DNA of 64,000 nt from an uncultured Methanosarcinaceae archaeon. GTDB lineage: Archaea > Halobacteriota > Methanosarcinia > Methanosarcinales > Methanosarcinaceae. How positions within the stretch are numbered: the first letter of the stretch is position 1; the number at the start of each line of letters is the position of its first letter. The stretch covers positions 96,001 to 160,000 of the forward strand of contig CAWHXP010000015.1 in the NCBI GenBank assembly GCA_963833425.1. The letters run 5' to 3'. This document shows positions 21,910-32,530 of this stretch, one piece after another. Position numbers and translations under genes: made by a program. A model generated the notes under the pieces. The model saw only the letters and a list, made by a program, of their open reading frames with translations, was not told the DNA's origin and made no database searches.

Positions 21910-22770
21910 TCAGAACCTCATTGACCTCAGGCGTTTGACCCTATCTTCGGTTAAAGGATGAGTGCTGAAAAGAGACTGGATAATTCCTCCCTTGAGAGGA
22001 TTAACAATAAACATGTGTGCACTACCTTCCTTTGGCTGTACATCTGAGCTTTTTGGCTTGTAGTTGGAGTTCCCATATTCCAGCTTTTCCAGAGCATCGG
22101 CAAGTACCCAGGGCTTCAGACAAATTCGAGCTCCTTCAGAATCGGCTGCATATTCTCTTGACCTTGAGATTGCTAGCTGGATCAAGGTTGCAGCGAGCGG
22201 TGCCAGAACTATCATCGCGATAAAACCTACTATTCCCCCTTTATCATCATTCCTGCCACCAAAGCCACCGAAAATCGCAGCCCATTGCGCCATGGTAGCC
22301 ATCATCGTTATGACACCCGCAATTGTTGCAGCCACCGAACTAATGAGTGTATCTCTGTTCATTACGTGTGCAAGCTCATGTGCCAGCACGCCTTCGATCT
22401 CTTCATAAGAGAGAAGGTTAAGAAGACCAGTAGTAACGGCTACAGCTGCATTCTTCGGATCCCTGCCCGTTGCAAATGCATTTGGCATCCCAGAATCTAC
22501 AATAAATACTTTGGGTTTTGGCAGTTGCGCTTTCATAGCTAGTCCATCGACTATCCTGTGCAAGTTTGGGGACTCCGTAGGGGAGACCTCTCTTGCCCTA
22601 TACATCTTGAGTACTATCTTATCGCTATACCAGTAGCTTCCGAAATTGATGATTACTGCAAACAGTAATGCGATGATCATTCCGCCCCTACCACCAAAGT
22701 AATCTCCTATCAGAACCATGAGACCTGTAAGAGCAGCAAGCAAAATTGTAGTTTTTAACATGTTTTTCAT
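21910..22770 (-). CDS. htpX: Zinc metalloprotease HtpX
   Basis: [25 protein letters not shown] and LFSTHP motifs. Confidence 0.96.
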   Translation of the reverse strand: MKNMLKTTILLAALTGLMVLIGDYFGGRGGMIIALLFAVIINFGSYWYSDKIVLKMYRAREVSPTESPNLHRIVDGLAMKAQLPKPKVFIVDSGMPNAFATGRDPKNAAVAVTTGLLNLLSYEEIEGVLAHELAHVMNRDTLISSVAATIAGVITMMATMAQWAAIFGGFGGRNDDKGGIVGFIAMIVLAPLAATLIQLAISRSREYAADSEGARICLKPWVLADALEKLEYGNSNYKPKSSDVQPKEGSAHMFIVNPLKGGIIQSLFSTHPLTEDRVKRLRSMRF

Positions 22771-22908
22771 GACTTCTCACACGACGTCCTCTAAGGCTAA
22801 TTGCCCAGGTTTTCAGTCTTATCAGATACTTTCAATGACGAACTCCAGAGCGACTCTATGGTTATTACCCTATAGTAAGGGTTCTTTGTATTTAAATTTT
22901 TTTATTAT

Positions 22909-22997
22909 CGGCTTTGCACCTAAAGTCTGGTACCTGTACCTAATGTCCAACATTTGCATCTAAAATCGGACTAAATTTGGACTTTAGGTGCAAGCCG
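22909..22997. mobile_element. 89-bp element with ~18-bp terminal inverted repeats (MITE-like)
   Basis: cggctttgcacctaaagtc ... gactttaggtgcaagccg. Confidence 0.65.
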
Positions 22998-23369
22998 GTT
23001 ATAACAGTAATTTCTATTTGCTATGGTTCCTAGTAACTATTCTTATCTCCAAACTTATTCCAATAATTTAAACTGAATATTAATGGATATTATATCTCCA
23101 ACTACAAATATATTTTGTTATTTCTCATCATGCCGATTAACATAATTGTACTATTAATTTAGCATATATCTATGTCTAAACATATTTACAATAGGTGTAT
23201 TTAAGTAACGGTTTTAGTTTCAAAACGGCTACTTTTTTGACTCAGATTATAAATCTACACATTGAAAGAATTAATTCTTTGGTTGATCTATTCAATAAAG
23301 AGCGCATTTGCTTCCCTATCTCAAGCAACTTGATACGTTCACTCCCATGTTCTGGATATAAAGGAATCA

Positions 23370-23810
23370 TTCAAATTCAAATATTTCATTTGCTTATTAT
23401 GCTTCTTTTTCTTCCTGGTTTCCCTGAATTTCAATATAGTTTTAAATTACATCAGAAGTTGCACTATTATTCAAATTTCCAATAAAACTTCCATCACCCC
23501 ATAATTCACAACCAAATAACCATTTTTTAATCTCAAAGTACTCTTTAAAAATTGTTTTCCCTCCCCCGAAACTTTTTCTAATCTGCATAACTCTCGAAGT
23601 AGAATATTTTGGTTCACAACCAATAAAAAAAATCTACATACTCACAATCATAAACAATGGGACATCTTATATTATGGGCACGATGAATCGCATGAAGTAG
23701 TTCCAATTATTAGTGCAAAGGTAGCTAAGAAACAAATCAGTTAATTAATAACTTTTTTCGGATAAGTTTTCATCCCAGAGCAAAGTCCAGATATTTTACG
23801 GAAATAAAAA
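23370..23810 (-). pseudogene. tnpA: Second IS200-type tnpA remnant with element end
   Basis: Fragments FIGCEPKYSTSRVMQI and ELWGDGSFIG...NYIEIQGNQEEKEA, with many stops and frameshifts. Confidence 0.7.
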
Positions 23811-24379
23811 AGAATGGGACACTAACTTGAGTTATTGATTTCTTATATATATATGTTATAGATTCTATTATGATTTGGAGAGAGTTAAACTTGCTTCTGA
23901 GATCAGTTTCTCAGATTTTTGTTGCCTCAATATAACGATTCAACCAACCTAAAATCAGTAGAAAATATCTATTTTAATTAGACACTTTTGAGGACAACAA
24001 ATGAAATAAATGAAATATTATCTATGGCCTACAGTTAAAGAAAACAAACCCTTTTGATTTGCTCAGTGAATCCTATTAAAATTCCATCAATTTAAACAAT
24101 TTGGCATAAAAGTACATGAAGAAAATGATTCCTTAAATACTCTATCAATCATTTTTTCCATAACAAAAATTGATATATATATTATTTGAATATGTGCATC
24201 AAACTAAGAAGTTTCAATCCCATCAAACTTTCTCTTTCGAATTTCTCCCTTTTGATATCCTGTTTCATCTGTCATATTTCTCTTCATTTGTAATAAGACA
24301 CCATATAATTTTGGTAATTTTTTTCTAGATCAATAATTGCCTTTATGTGCCAAATTGACTTCTTTTTCCGGGTAAAAAC

Positions 24380-24897
24380 TCTTTTAATTTGCCAAATTTT
24401 TCTTCTAAAATAACAAATAAGAGAACAAATAAGAGAAATGATTTCCAACACAAATTTTCTTTTAAACTTGTTAGCGAGAACCAAGCAATAGCTATTGAAA
24501 CTCTGAATGTTAAATGCCAATTAAGAATCAACATTTCACACATTATATAGATGATTTGGGACGGAGTAGTTCTGTAACAAAATTAAAATATAAATCAGAA
24601 TAGCCAGGAAAAACCGTTCTTACGAGAGTATATTTGAACCGTCATAAAGACCTGCCATGTTAGGGATACATAACTCTGAGCTAACACTAAAAAATAGGGA
24701 ATGAAACTGTCCCGATTACAAGACAAAATATGATAGAAACATTGATACTGCAATTAACATCAAATAAATTTGCTTCCATTGATCAAAACCTAATTGGAGT
24801 CTAACACCCTTAAAATACAGAGGATTAGCTGGGACTTGTTCTCAAAAGAGAAAGAAACTAACCGAGAAGCTACTTCTTCAGCTGAGTGGCAGTCCAC
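24380..24897 (+). pseudogene. tnpB: IS200/IS605 tnpB remnant with right end
   Basis: NDFQHKFSFKLVSENQAIAIETLNVK; decayed FEPS.KTC..., CPD, DRNI and AINI (RuvC III/Zn-finger) fragments; terminal ...gctgagtggcagtccac. Confidence 0.75.
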
Positions 24898-25271
24898 TAT
24901 TGCCAATGCATATTCCAGAAAATCTAACCGTTTTTTAGATCCAAAAGCCTATATAGTTGTGATTATCAATCTATGTTCATTGGGTTTTGATAAAGGATAT
25001 AACAAAAAGATATATGTCATTAGTGCCACTGCAGGGCCAACCATAAAATAAGAAGATACCCCTAACTTAATCAAGAAACTGAGACTTTTATTAGCTAAAA
25101 GAATCAATTACAAATTAAGAACATTTTCTACAAAGAAGTATCTTGGATTTAAAGTGAATTTGAGGGCTATCGGTCTCTTTAAAAATAAAATTGAGAGATT
25201 ATTAGCACTAAAATTATAATTATTGAACACAATGAAATCTTATCAGATTTTCATTATTTTAGAAGACAAAT

Positions 25272-27485
25272 TTGAAGAAGCACAAAACCCAGATTATGTG
25301 TGATAGCAATGGAGCGTTACTCCCAATTCATTGTGCAGATATTGATAGGTTAGTTATGGATGATTTTGAAGGAAATCAAGTAGAAGTTTCCAGCGTGTCT
25401 GACCTCAGTGATCCCTGTCTGTATACGGATCGCGAATATAGCTGGCTTCAATTCAATTACAGGGTGTTAGAAGAGGCTCTCGACAATCTTAATCCTCTAC
25501 TTGAGAGAGTCAAATTCCTTTCAATCTTTGGGAGTAACCTCGATGAGTTTTTCATGGTCAGGGTTTCAGGAGTTCACAAGAAAATAGCAGAAAGAATAAA
25601 AGAAGATCTAAAAGTTGAGCTCGCCCAGCAACAGCTTCATATCATCCGAGAAGAGCTTATTAGGCAGATTCCCCTCAATGACAGCTGCTGGAATGATGTG
25701 CTTGAGCCTGCTCTCAGAGAAAATGGAATCGACTTTGTAGATTATTTTAAATTTTCTGAAACGGAAAGAGAATGGCTCAGAGATTACTTTGAAAAAAACA
25801 TTTTCCCTTTACTTACCCCTCTAGGCTTCGATTCAGGACACCCTTTTCCACACATCTCGAACCTAAGCCTTAACCTGGCAGTACTTATTGATGATCCTGA
25901 CTACGGACAGCGTTTTGCCAGGGTCAAAATACCTCCAATGTTTGCGAGGATGATTTTAGTTCCTGAGGATGGTAGGGAAGAAACAACTTCAAGTTTTGAA
26001 AATTTAAAAACCGGTCGTTTTGTGTGGATCGAACAGCTTATTGCCGCAAATCTTGACATCCTGTTTCCTGGGCAGCACATTCTAGGGGCTTATCCATTCA
26101 GAATCACACGAGATGCAGACCTTGGATTCGATGAAGATGGGGATAAAGATCTTTTGACCGCTGTAAAGCAGAGGATTGGGATAAACTACTTTGGGCCAGC
26201 TGTTAGACTTGAAATTGACTATACAATGCCCCCTAAAGTCTATGATATCCTTCTTAATAACCTAGGCCTTACTGCTTCTCTAATGTTTAAATCGGCAGCC
26301 CCTCTTGGACTTTCAAGTCTCAATAAAATTATACAGATCAACCGCCCTGAGCTCAAATACAAGCCCTTTGAATCAAGGAAACATCCTCAATTGACTGATA
26401 AGAAAAATATTTTTACTATCCTTAAAAAGAGAGACGTTCTCCTCTATCACCCCTATGATAGTTTCGAATCAGTAATTGATTTCGTAGAAGAAGCTGCCGA
26501 TGATCCAGATGTTGTTACAATCAAAATGACATTATACAGGGTAGATGACAACTCCAAGATCATTCAGGCTTTGATGAAAGCTGCAGACAAAAAAAAACAG
26601 GTTGCAGTTCTAGTGGAGCTTAAAGCACGCTTTGACGAAGAAAACAATATAGGTTGGGCAAAAGAACTTGAGCGTAAAGGCGTTCACGTAGCCTATGGTT
26701 TCCCTGGGCGCAAGACTCATGCTAAGATGTGCCTAGTAGTCAGAATCGAAAAAGAAGGAATCAAGTATTATGTGCATATGAGTACAGGAAACTATAATGC
26801 CGTCACAGGAAAACTCTACACCGATTTTGGCTATCTGACCAGTGACTCATTGGTAGGTAAGGATGTTTCTGACCTTTTTAATGCTCTTACAGGTTATTCG
26901 AAAAAGGATCATTATATCAAGCTTCTTGTTGCCCCTCAGAACCTCAGATACCAGATTCTTGAGCGCGTCAGGCGCGAGATTGACATGCACGAAAAGTACG
27001 GAAATGGGCACATGATCTTCAAGATGAATTCTCTAGTGGATGATCAGTGCATCCGGGAACTTTACAGAGCTTCTCTCATCGGAGTAAAGGTAGACCTTCT
27101 TATCAGAGGAATCTGCTGCCTCAGACCCGGTATATATGGACTCAGTGAAAAAATAAGGATTACTTCAATAGTTGGGCGCTTTCTTGAACACTCCAGAGCA
27201 TATTATTTCCGAAACGGCGGAAAAGAAGAAATTTTTATGGGCAGTGCTGATCTCATGCCGCGTAATCTGGACAACAGAGTAGAACTTCTCTTCCCCATAT
27301 CAACTACATACATTCCTATTGTAAGGGACATCATACTTGGTATCCAGCTGAAGGATAACGTAAAAGCCCGTCTGTTGCTCCCTAATGGCAGAACTGAAAT
27401 GATCCACCCAAAACCCGGAGAAAAAGAACTGGATTCTCAGCTGTGGATGCTTGAGAATAGTAAAAACTGGGATCTCGTTCTTTAG
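25272..27485 (+). CDS. ppk1: Polyphosphate kinase 1
   Basis: DREYSWLQFN, SNLDEFFMVRV, ELKARFDEENN, KTHAK and GRFLEHSR motifs; the real start may be downstream of the TTG. Confidence 0.96.
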   Translation: MKKHKTQIMCDSNGALLPIHCADIDRLVMDDFEGNQVEVSSVSDLSDPCLYTDREYSWLQFNYRVLEEALDNLNPLLERVKFLSIFGSNLDEFFMVRVSGVHKKIAERIKEDLKVELAQQQLHIIREELIRQIPLNDSCWNDVLEPALRENGIDFVDYFKFSETEREWLRDYFEKNIFPLLTPLGFDSGHPFPHISNLSLNLAVLIDDPDYGQRFARVKIPPMFARMILVPEDGREETTSSFENLKTGRFVWIEQLIAANLDILFPGQHILGAYPFRITRDADLGFDEDGDKDLLTAVKQRIGINYFGPAVRLEIDYTMPPKVYDILLNNLGLTASLMFKSAAPLGLSSLNKIIQINRPELKYKPFESRKHPQLTDKKNIFTILKKRDVLLYHPYDSFESVIDFVEEAADDPDVVTIKMTLYRVDDNSKIIQALMKAADKKKQVAVLVELKARFDEENNIGWAKELERKGVHVAYGFPGRKTHAKMCLVVRIEKEGIKYYVHMSTGNYNAVTGKLYTDFGYLTSDSLVGKDVSDLFNALTGYSKKDHYIKLLVAPQNLRYQILERVRREIDMHEKYGNGHMIFKMNSLVDDQCIRELYRASLIGVKVDLLIRGICCLRPGIYGLSEKIRITSIVGRFLEHSRAYYFRNGGKEEIFMGSADLMPRNLDNRVELLFPISTTYIPIVRDIILGIQLKDNVKARLLLPNGRTEMIHPKPGEKELDSQLWMLENSKNWDLVL

Positions 27486-27699
27486 AAAGACTGAAAAATA
27501 TATCCTGTTGTCTTTTTTGTCTACTCATAATCTCACTGTAAAAATATACGCTTCAAAAGAACGAAAGAAAGCATGGAAAAAAAGGAAAATTTGATCATTT
27601 ACCTCTTCCTCCCATGTTTTCCGAATTTATACAACGCAGGATTGCTTAAAATATGAATATTTATATTTGTGCCCATATCTATTTTTGAGAATTGTAATC

Positions 27700-28510
27700 A
27701 TTTAGTGGGTTTACAATAAATGAACAATTAAGAACTTTCATTGTTTTTTACGGTTTCTTGCAGCAATTTCAAGACAACTGTCCCGAAGCCATTCAATCGT
27801 ATTCAGTTTCAGGTATGGAGGTTGTTGTGAAGTTTTTAGTAGGTGAAATAGTCCATTCTGAACCTCAATCATAAAAAGTTTCATAAGCTTTAGAGATCTT
27901 TTTTTCTACTATAAGACCTGAAAATTTCAATGGAATCTGCGAATTTACATATACTTCGAATTTTCATTTAAAATCGCACTTCGAAGATACTGTAAATTTT
28001 TCTTTTTCTGGAAACTTTACAGCTTCCAGGAAAAGGTTAATGCTTACAAACATTCTTATAATCAACATAGATTTCTACCTTTCCGTCAAAGACCTGAAGC
28101 TCTGCGTTTCTTCTTACAAACATGTACAGAACAAAAAATTTATTGCCAAGAAAAGAAATATAAAAGTCACTCGAAATTTTTCTTGGTTCATTATGAACAA
28201 ATTTAGAAGTAGAAACCTAACTAAGGGTTCAAGTTCTCCTTCTGAAAGGGTTCAAAAGGGATTTGATAGATTGTTCCACAAGCAGTTGAATTTACTCTTT
28301 CCAACCATTTACGAACTTGGGCATTCAGCTCTTCAAGATGGATAAACCTTCTGCCAAGGAAAAGAAATCATCATTGAAGTAAAATCTTAACATGGTTTTA
28401 ATTTTTTTCGTTTTTCTTAGGCCTATAATGCCTGCATAAGAGAGGAACGAATCCTTAATATGAAAACCTCCTCAAACCGTGAGTTCCATTCAGAATCTGA
28501 AAGAATATTA
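27700..28510 (-). pseudogene. IS21-family remnant (istA C-terminal half plus istB start)
   Basis: Minus-strand fragments SDSEWNSRFE, GFVPLLCRHYRP and DFFLGRRFIHLEELNAQVRKWLERVNST, then MDYFTY*KLHNNL..LKLNTIE..LEIAAR. Confidence 0.75.
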
Positions 28511-28578
28511 TGAAACCGATTTTAGAGTCTCTTGACCCCTCAAAGAGAACGGAAAACAGGACAGTTGGGTGGTAGTCA

Positions 28579-30156
28579 ATGGAACCTCATACAAATTTTG
28601 ATGGCCGAGTTGTTGCGTTTATAGATATCGGAACTAACTCTATAAGACTCCTCCTGGTTCGGATTAATTCAAATGGGTCCTACCAGTCCCTGACCAAGCA
28701 GAAGGAGACCGTTCGGCTTGGTGAAAAGGAATTCATAGATAATATTCTGCAAACTAAGGCGATGGAACGCTCAGTTATTGTCTGCAAAAAACTAATGGAA
28801 CTTGCAAGGGCTTACAGATCAGAAGAAGTGGTAGCAGTGGCTACATCAGCGACTAGAGATGCAAGCAATAAGGTTCAATTTCTCGAAATGTTGAAAAAGG
28901 AGGCAAATCTGGAGGTCTGCACGATTTCAGGAATTGAAGAAGCCCGTTTGATTTACTTGGGGGTTTCAAGCGGGCTCCGGATCGGATATTCAAAAGCTCT
29001 TTTCATTGACATCGGAGGCGGGAGTACGGAAGTATCTGTCGGAGATCAAAGGCAATATTATTTCCTTGACTCCCTTAACCTTGGAGCCGTTCGTCTGACA
29101 AATATGTTCATCCCAGAAGAGACTGGTCCTATTTCCGAAGAACAGTATGAACAAATTAAGGTTTATGTCCGAAGCCAAGCTGTAAATGTAATAAAAGAGC
29201 TTTCCAAATACAAGATCTGCTACGCTGTTGGAAGTTCAGGAACCATAGAAAATCTTGCCAAAATCGCTTTTGTTTACCTTCACAAAACGACCTATGAGAG
29301 CTATGAAAAGTTAGAGTATGAAGACTTAAAAAAGATTGTCAAAGATATGTGCTCCTTATCCCTTGAAGAGCGACGCAACTTTCCTGGAATCAACTCGCAG
29401 AGAGCAGATATTATAATCTCAGGAGCTGCGATCATCGAGACTTTGATGACGGAGCTGGGACTTTCCAAGATAATGGTCAGTAAGCTTGGGTTAAGAGAAG
29501 GCTTACTCGTGGATTACATCTCAAAAAGCGAATTTTCCTACATGATTACTCAAATGTCTGTAAGAAAGCGCAGTATTATGCAACTTGGACTCGCCTGTAA
29601 CTTCGATGAAGAACATGCCCATATCGTCACTAACCTGGCCCTTGAACTATATGACAGTATTCAGACGCTAGGAATATATGAATTTAGGGATGGAGAAAGG
29701 GAGCTTCTTGAGTATAGTTCAACTCTGCACGATATCGGGACATTTGTCTCATATGACACCCATCAGACCCATGCTTATCATTTAATAAGGGAGAGCAATC
29801 TTCCCGGTTTTCAGCCTGAAGAAATAGAAATAATTGCAAATCTTGTTTATTTTCACAGGAAAAACATTCCTAAAAAAAAACACTCAAATTTCACTGGGCT
29901 TAATAAAGATACAGTAAAAAGCATTCGGATCCTGAGTGCCATTCTACGCATAGCAGAAAGTCTTGACCGCTCCCATACAGGTAGTATCTATAATGTTCGA
30001 TTTTACATTGCCTCTACTGATAGCCTTGTGCTTGAAATACATGCCAATAGAGAGTGCCATCTCGAGATATGGGAAGTAGAGAAACATAAAAAGTATTTCA
30101 AGAAAATTTTTGGATACAGCATCCAATCCAAAGTTATTGTAGAACAGGATGCTTAG
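28579..30156 (+). CDS. ppx: Exopolyphosphatase (Ppx/GppA family) with C-terminal HD domain
   Basis: IDIGTNSIRL, ATSATRDA, EEARL, DIGGGSTE, GLREG and LHDIG motifs. Confidence 0.95.
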   Translation: MEPHTNFDGRVVAFIDIGTNSIRLLLVRINSNGSYQSLTKQKETVRLGEKEFIDNILQTKAMERSVIVCKKLMELARAYRSEEVVAVATSATRDASNKVQFLEMLKKEANLEVCTISGIEEARLIYLGVSSGLRIGYSKALFIDIGGGSTEVSVGDQRQYYFLDSLNLGAVRLTNMFIPEETGPISEEQYEQIKVYVRSQAVNVIKELSKYKICYAVGSSGTIENLAKIAFVYLHKTTYESYEKLEYEDLKKIVKDMCSLSLEERRNFPGINSQRADIIISGAAIIETLMTELGLSKIMVSKLGLREGLLVDYISKSEFSYMITQMSVRKRSIMQLGLACNFDEEHAHIVTNLALELYDSIQTLGIYEFRDGERELLEYSSTLHDIGTFVSYDTHQTHAYHLIRESNLPGFQPEEIEIIANLVYFHRKNIPKKKHSNFTGLNKDTVKSIRILSAILRIAESLDRSHTGSIYNVRFYIASTDSLVLEIHANRECHLEIWEVEKHKKYFKKIFGYSIQSKVIVEQDA

Positions 30157-30240
30157 GCTTAGTTAATTATTGAAGGAAGTACATAATTTGTGAAATATAG
30201 AAATTGAGATATCCACAAAAAATTAAAAATTTGTAATTTA

Positions 30241-30791
30241 AGAGAATTTCGGTAAATCTCTAATTTTCTTATTTTCTTATATATGCACAAATATGACTCA
30301 GGAAAAGCAAAAGTTATGATTTAACTATGTAAAGAGCAGTAAAAAATACCCTATAGGAATGAGTACTATATCAAGAAACAAGAAAATCAGCTCAAAAAGG
30401 TCTCAATAAGAACTAGTTTATTCAGTAACTAAAAAGATATTCAAGACTGAAAAAGTCCTTTAAGCTGCTGTTTAAGAGTGAATCATTGATCTTGGTATTT
30501 ACATAATTTTTAAAATGTTGTAATAACAGAATCAATACATTCTTTTGACTTTAATTCTAGTTTAGGATCATATTCAGACTTATATCAAAGTAGATATATA
30601 TTAAAGCGTTTTACAGTAGCTAAAGATATCTGAAAGTGTCGTTTATGTGAAAGTGAAAATTAGTGAGGTACTAGCATCGAAAAATTAGGAGTTAACTCGA
30701 TACTTGTAAGAAAAAAATGTACTCCAATAAACCAAAAAATATAAAATAGTTTTATACACACCAAAGGTTCAAGAGGTTAGTTCGAAATCTT
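30241..30791 (+). mobile_element. Internally deleted, decayed IS5-family copy
   Basis: Ends agagaatttcggtaaatctc and aagaggttagttcgaaatct; 30370-30490 aligns by eye to the transposase 3' part at 57450-57560. Confidence 0.6.
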
Positions 30792-31016
30792 TGAGTAATT
30801 AATTCAATAGTAAAACAGGAGTATCAATAAGCCTTAAAATTCGAATAAATCGGATATTTCAAAGATATTTTCTGAAGAATATTGCCATTAGAAGCAGAAT
30901 TTAGAATCGTAGTTAGGTTGTTTTGGTTGTGAAAAATGGAAAAATAAAAAAGAGTTTCTAGACTAAAATCATTTCAATATAAAATACAAAAATAATCTGC
31001 AGGAAAGACTTAAAAA

Positions 31017-31640
31017 TCAGTCATCAACGACAAAAAAGTATCCAGGAGGTATCTTTTCTGCAAGTGCTATGTAATCTGTTGCAAGCTTTACAGAAATCCC
31101 ATCTTGATGGGCTTTTAAAGCGTCTATTTGAAGAATCAATGGATTTTCAGTGTGAATAAGAGCTACTTCTTTTGCCTTTTCATACGAAGTGCTGAGATGA
31201 ATATAGCGCTGTTTTATTGGAAAAATTCCGTTTTCCAGCAGAACATCGATTTCTTCAGGGCTCACACCATAGTATAAATATGGTAAATTGCTTTCCGGAT
31301 AGTCCAGATCAATACCGACAGAGTGACCATAACGTGCCCTGATTCTGGAATCATGAATTTCATACCTACCCTTTCTATCTGATTCTACAAGAGCATAAAG
31401 ATATTCCTTCCTCATCCAGTTGTACCGCTTCTCTATAACTTCACAAAAAGAGTTTAGATTTACCCAGCCGCGTTTGTCCATTTTGACCCCTACAGATGCT
31501 GGAAAATGCCTGAGAGTGCCTGATACAAACCTGCCAAGCTTTTCCTCCCTGCTATCATCCAGCAAGTATCTGCCAGGATGTTTACACTGCAGACAGCTGC
31601 CCCCTCTAAAATAGCCGTGCACAGTGCATTTTCGAATCAT
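31017..31640 (-). CDS. kptA: RNA 2'-phosphotransferase (Tpt1/KptA)
   Basis: SGTLRH, KGRYE, IRARYGHS and YIHLS motifs; N-terminal CxxH...CxxC. Confidence 0.92.
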   Translation of the reverse strand: MIRKCTVHGYFRGGSCLQCKHPGRYLLDDSREEKLGRFVSGTLRHFPASVGVKMDKRGWVNLNSFCEVIEKRYNWMRKEYLYALVESDRKGRYEIHDSRIRARYGHSVGIDLDYPESNLPYLYYGVSPEEIDVLLENGIFPIKQRYIHLSTSYEKAKEVALIHTENPLILQIDALKAHQDGISVKLATDYIALAEKIPPGYFFVVDD

Positions 31641-32530
31641 GATATCAGGTACATAATAAAACTTTACTATAAATAAGGTTTCCTCTGGAAAAATTGGTCA
31701 GCCAGAAACAGGAGTGGTGTATGCACCCCCTCCAGTTGGCACATCTACAATTATATCTAGCACGAAGAGAGTATCAATCATATCCTATTCAGCAACCTGA
31801 ATCGGAGAGGAAGTCCGATCAAATTTGACGGGTTTCGATATTTTTGATATTGTACTTTCACTTTCTTCATACATTTTCCTGTATTAGCGAATTATTTAAT
31901 ATGTAAAGAACTTTTCTTTCGAGTGTAAATGTGATTTTTTGATCCATCATCGTCTGTGTTCCTAAAAAAATTTTCAACCTTGAATTAATGGGTCTTTATA
32001 CGGCGTTCGCAACCCAAAAAACATCCATTTTATGTCTTTGATACCTGTTTCATTATGTTACCAGTAACAAAAATATTCAATGATTATGGTACTCAAGACG
32101 TAAGAAAAGACGTCTATATAGCATACAGTAATCTTTAATAACTCACCTGTATACCTAGCGTAAATCAAAAGGGTTACTGTCAGGCCTTAATCTTCAAACA
32201 CCAAATTGAGTATTGCACCTAAAATAAATTAGTATGTTTTGCCCTTCAGTCGAAACTCAGTTCGCAGTTCCTGAGGCTAATAGATTGCCAGTAGAATGAC
32301 TAATAAGGCAAAAATTAAAAAACCGTAAAAATAAAAATTGAAATAATGAAAAATTTAGAACTATATGTAAAGACTTATAAGATAATATTTAATTCAGATT
32401 CATTATTATTAATATTCATTAGAGAAATTATAAAGTTTGGAAAGCGATTAACTGAGAATTCACCTGAAACTCCATCTAAAATGTCTTAAATTACATAATA
32501 AATACTCAGCCTGCTAAGAAAGGGGATAAT

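Noticed and set aside
24565..24585. IS6-like inverted repeat gttctgtaacaaaa
   Set aside because: It lies inside the decayed tnpB coding sequence (the SSxVTKL segment)
28040..28345. 101-aa plus-strand ORF between ppk1 and ppx
   Set aside because: Antisense to the IS21 istA remnant
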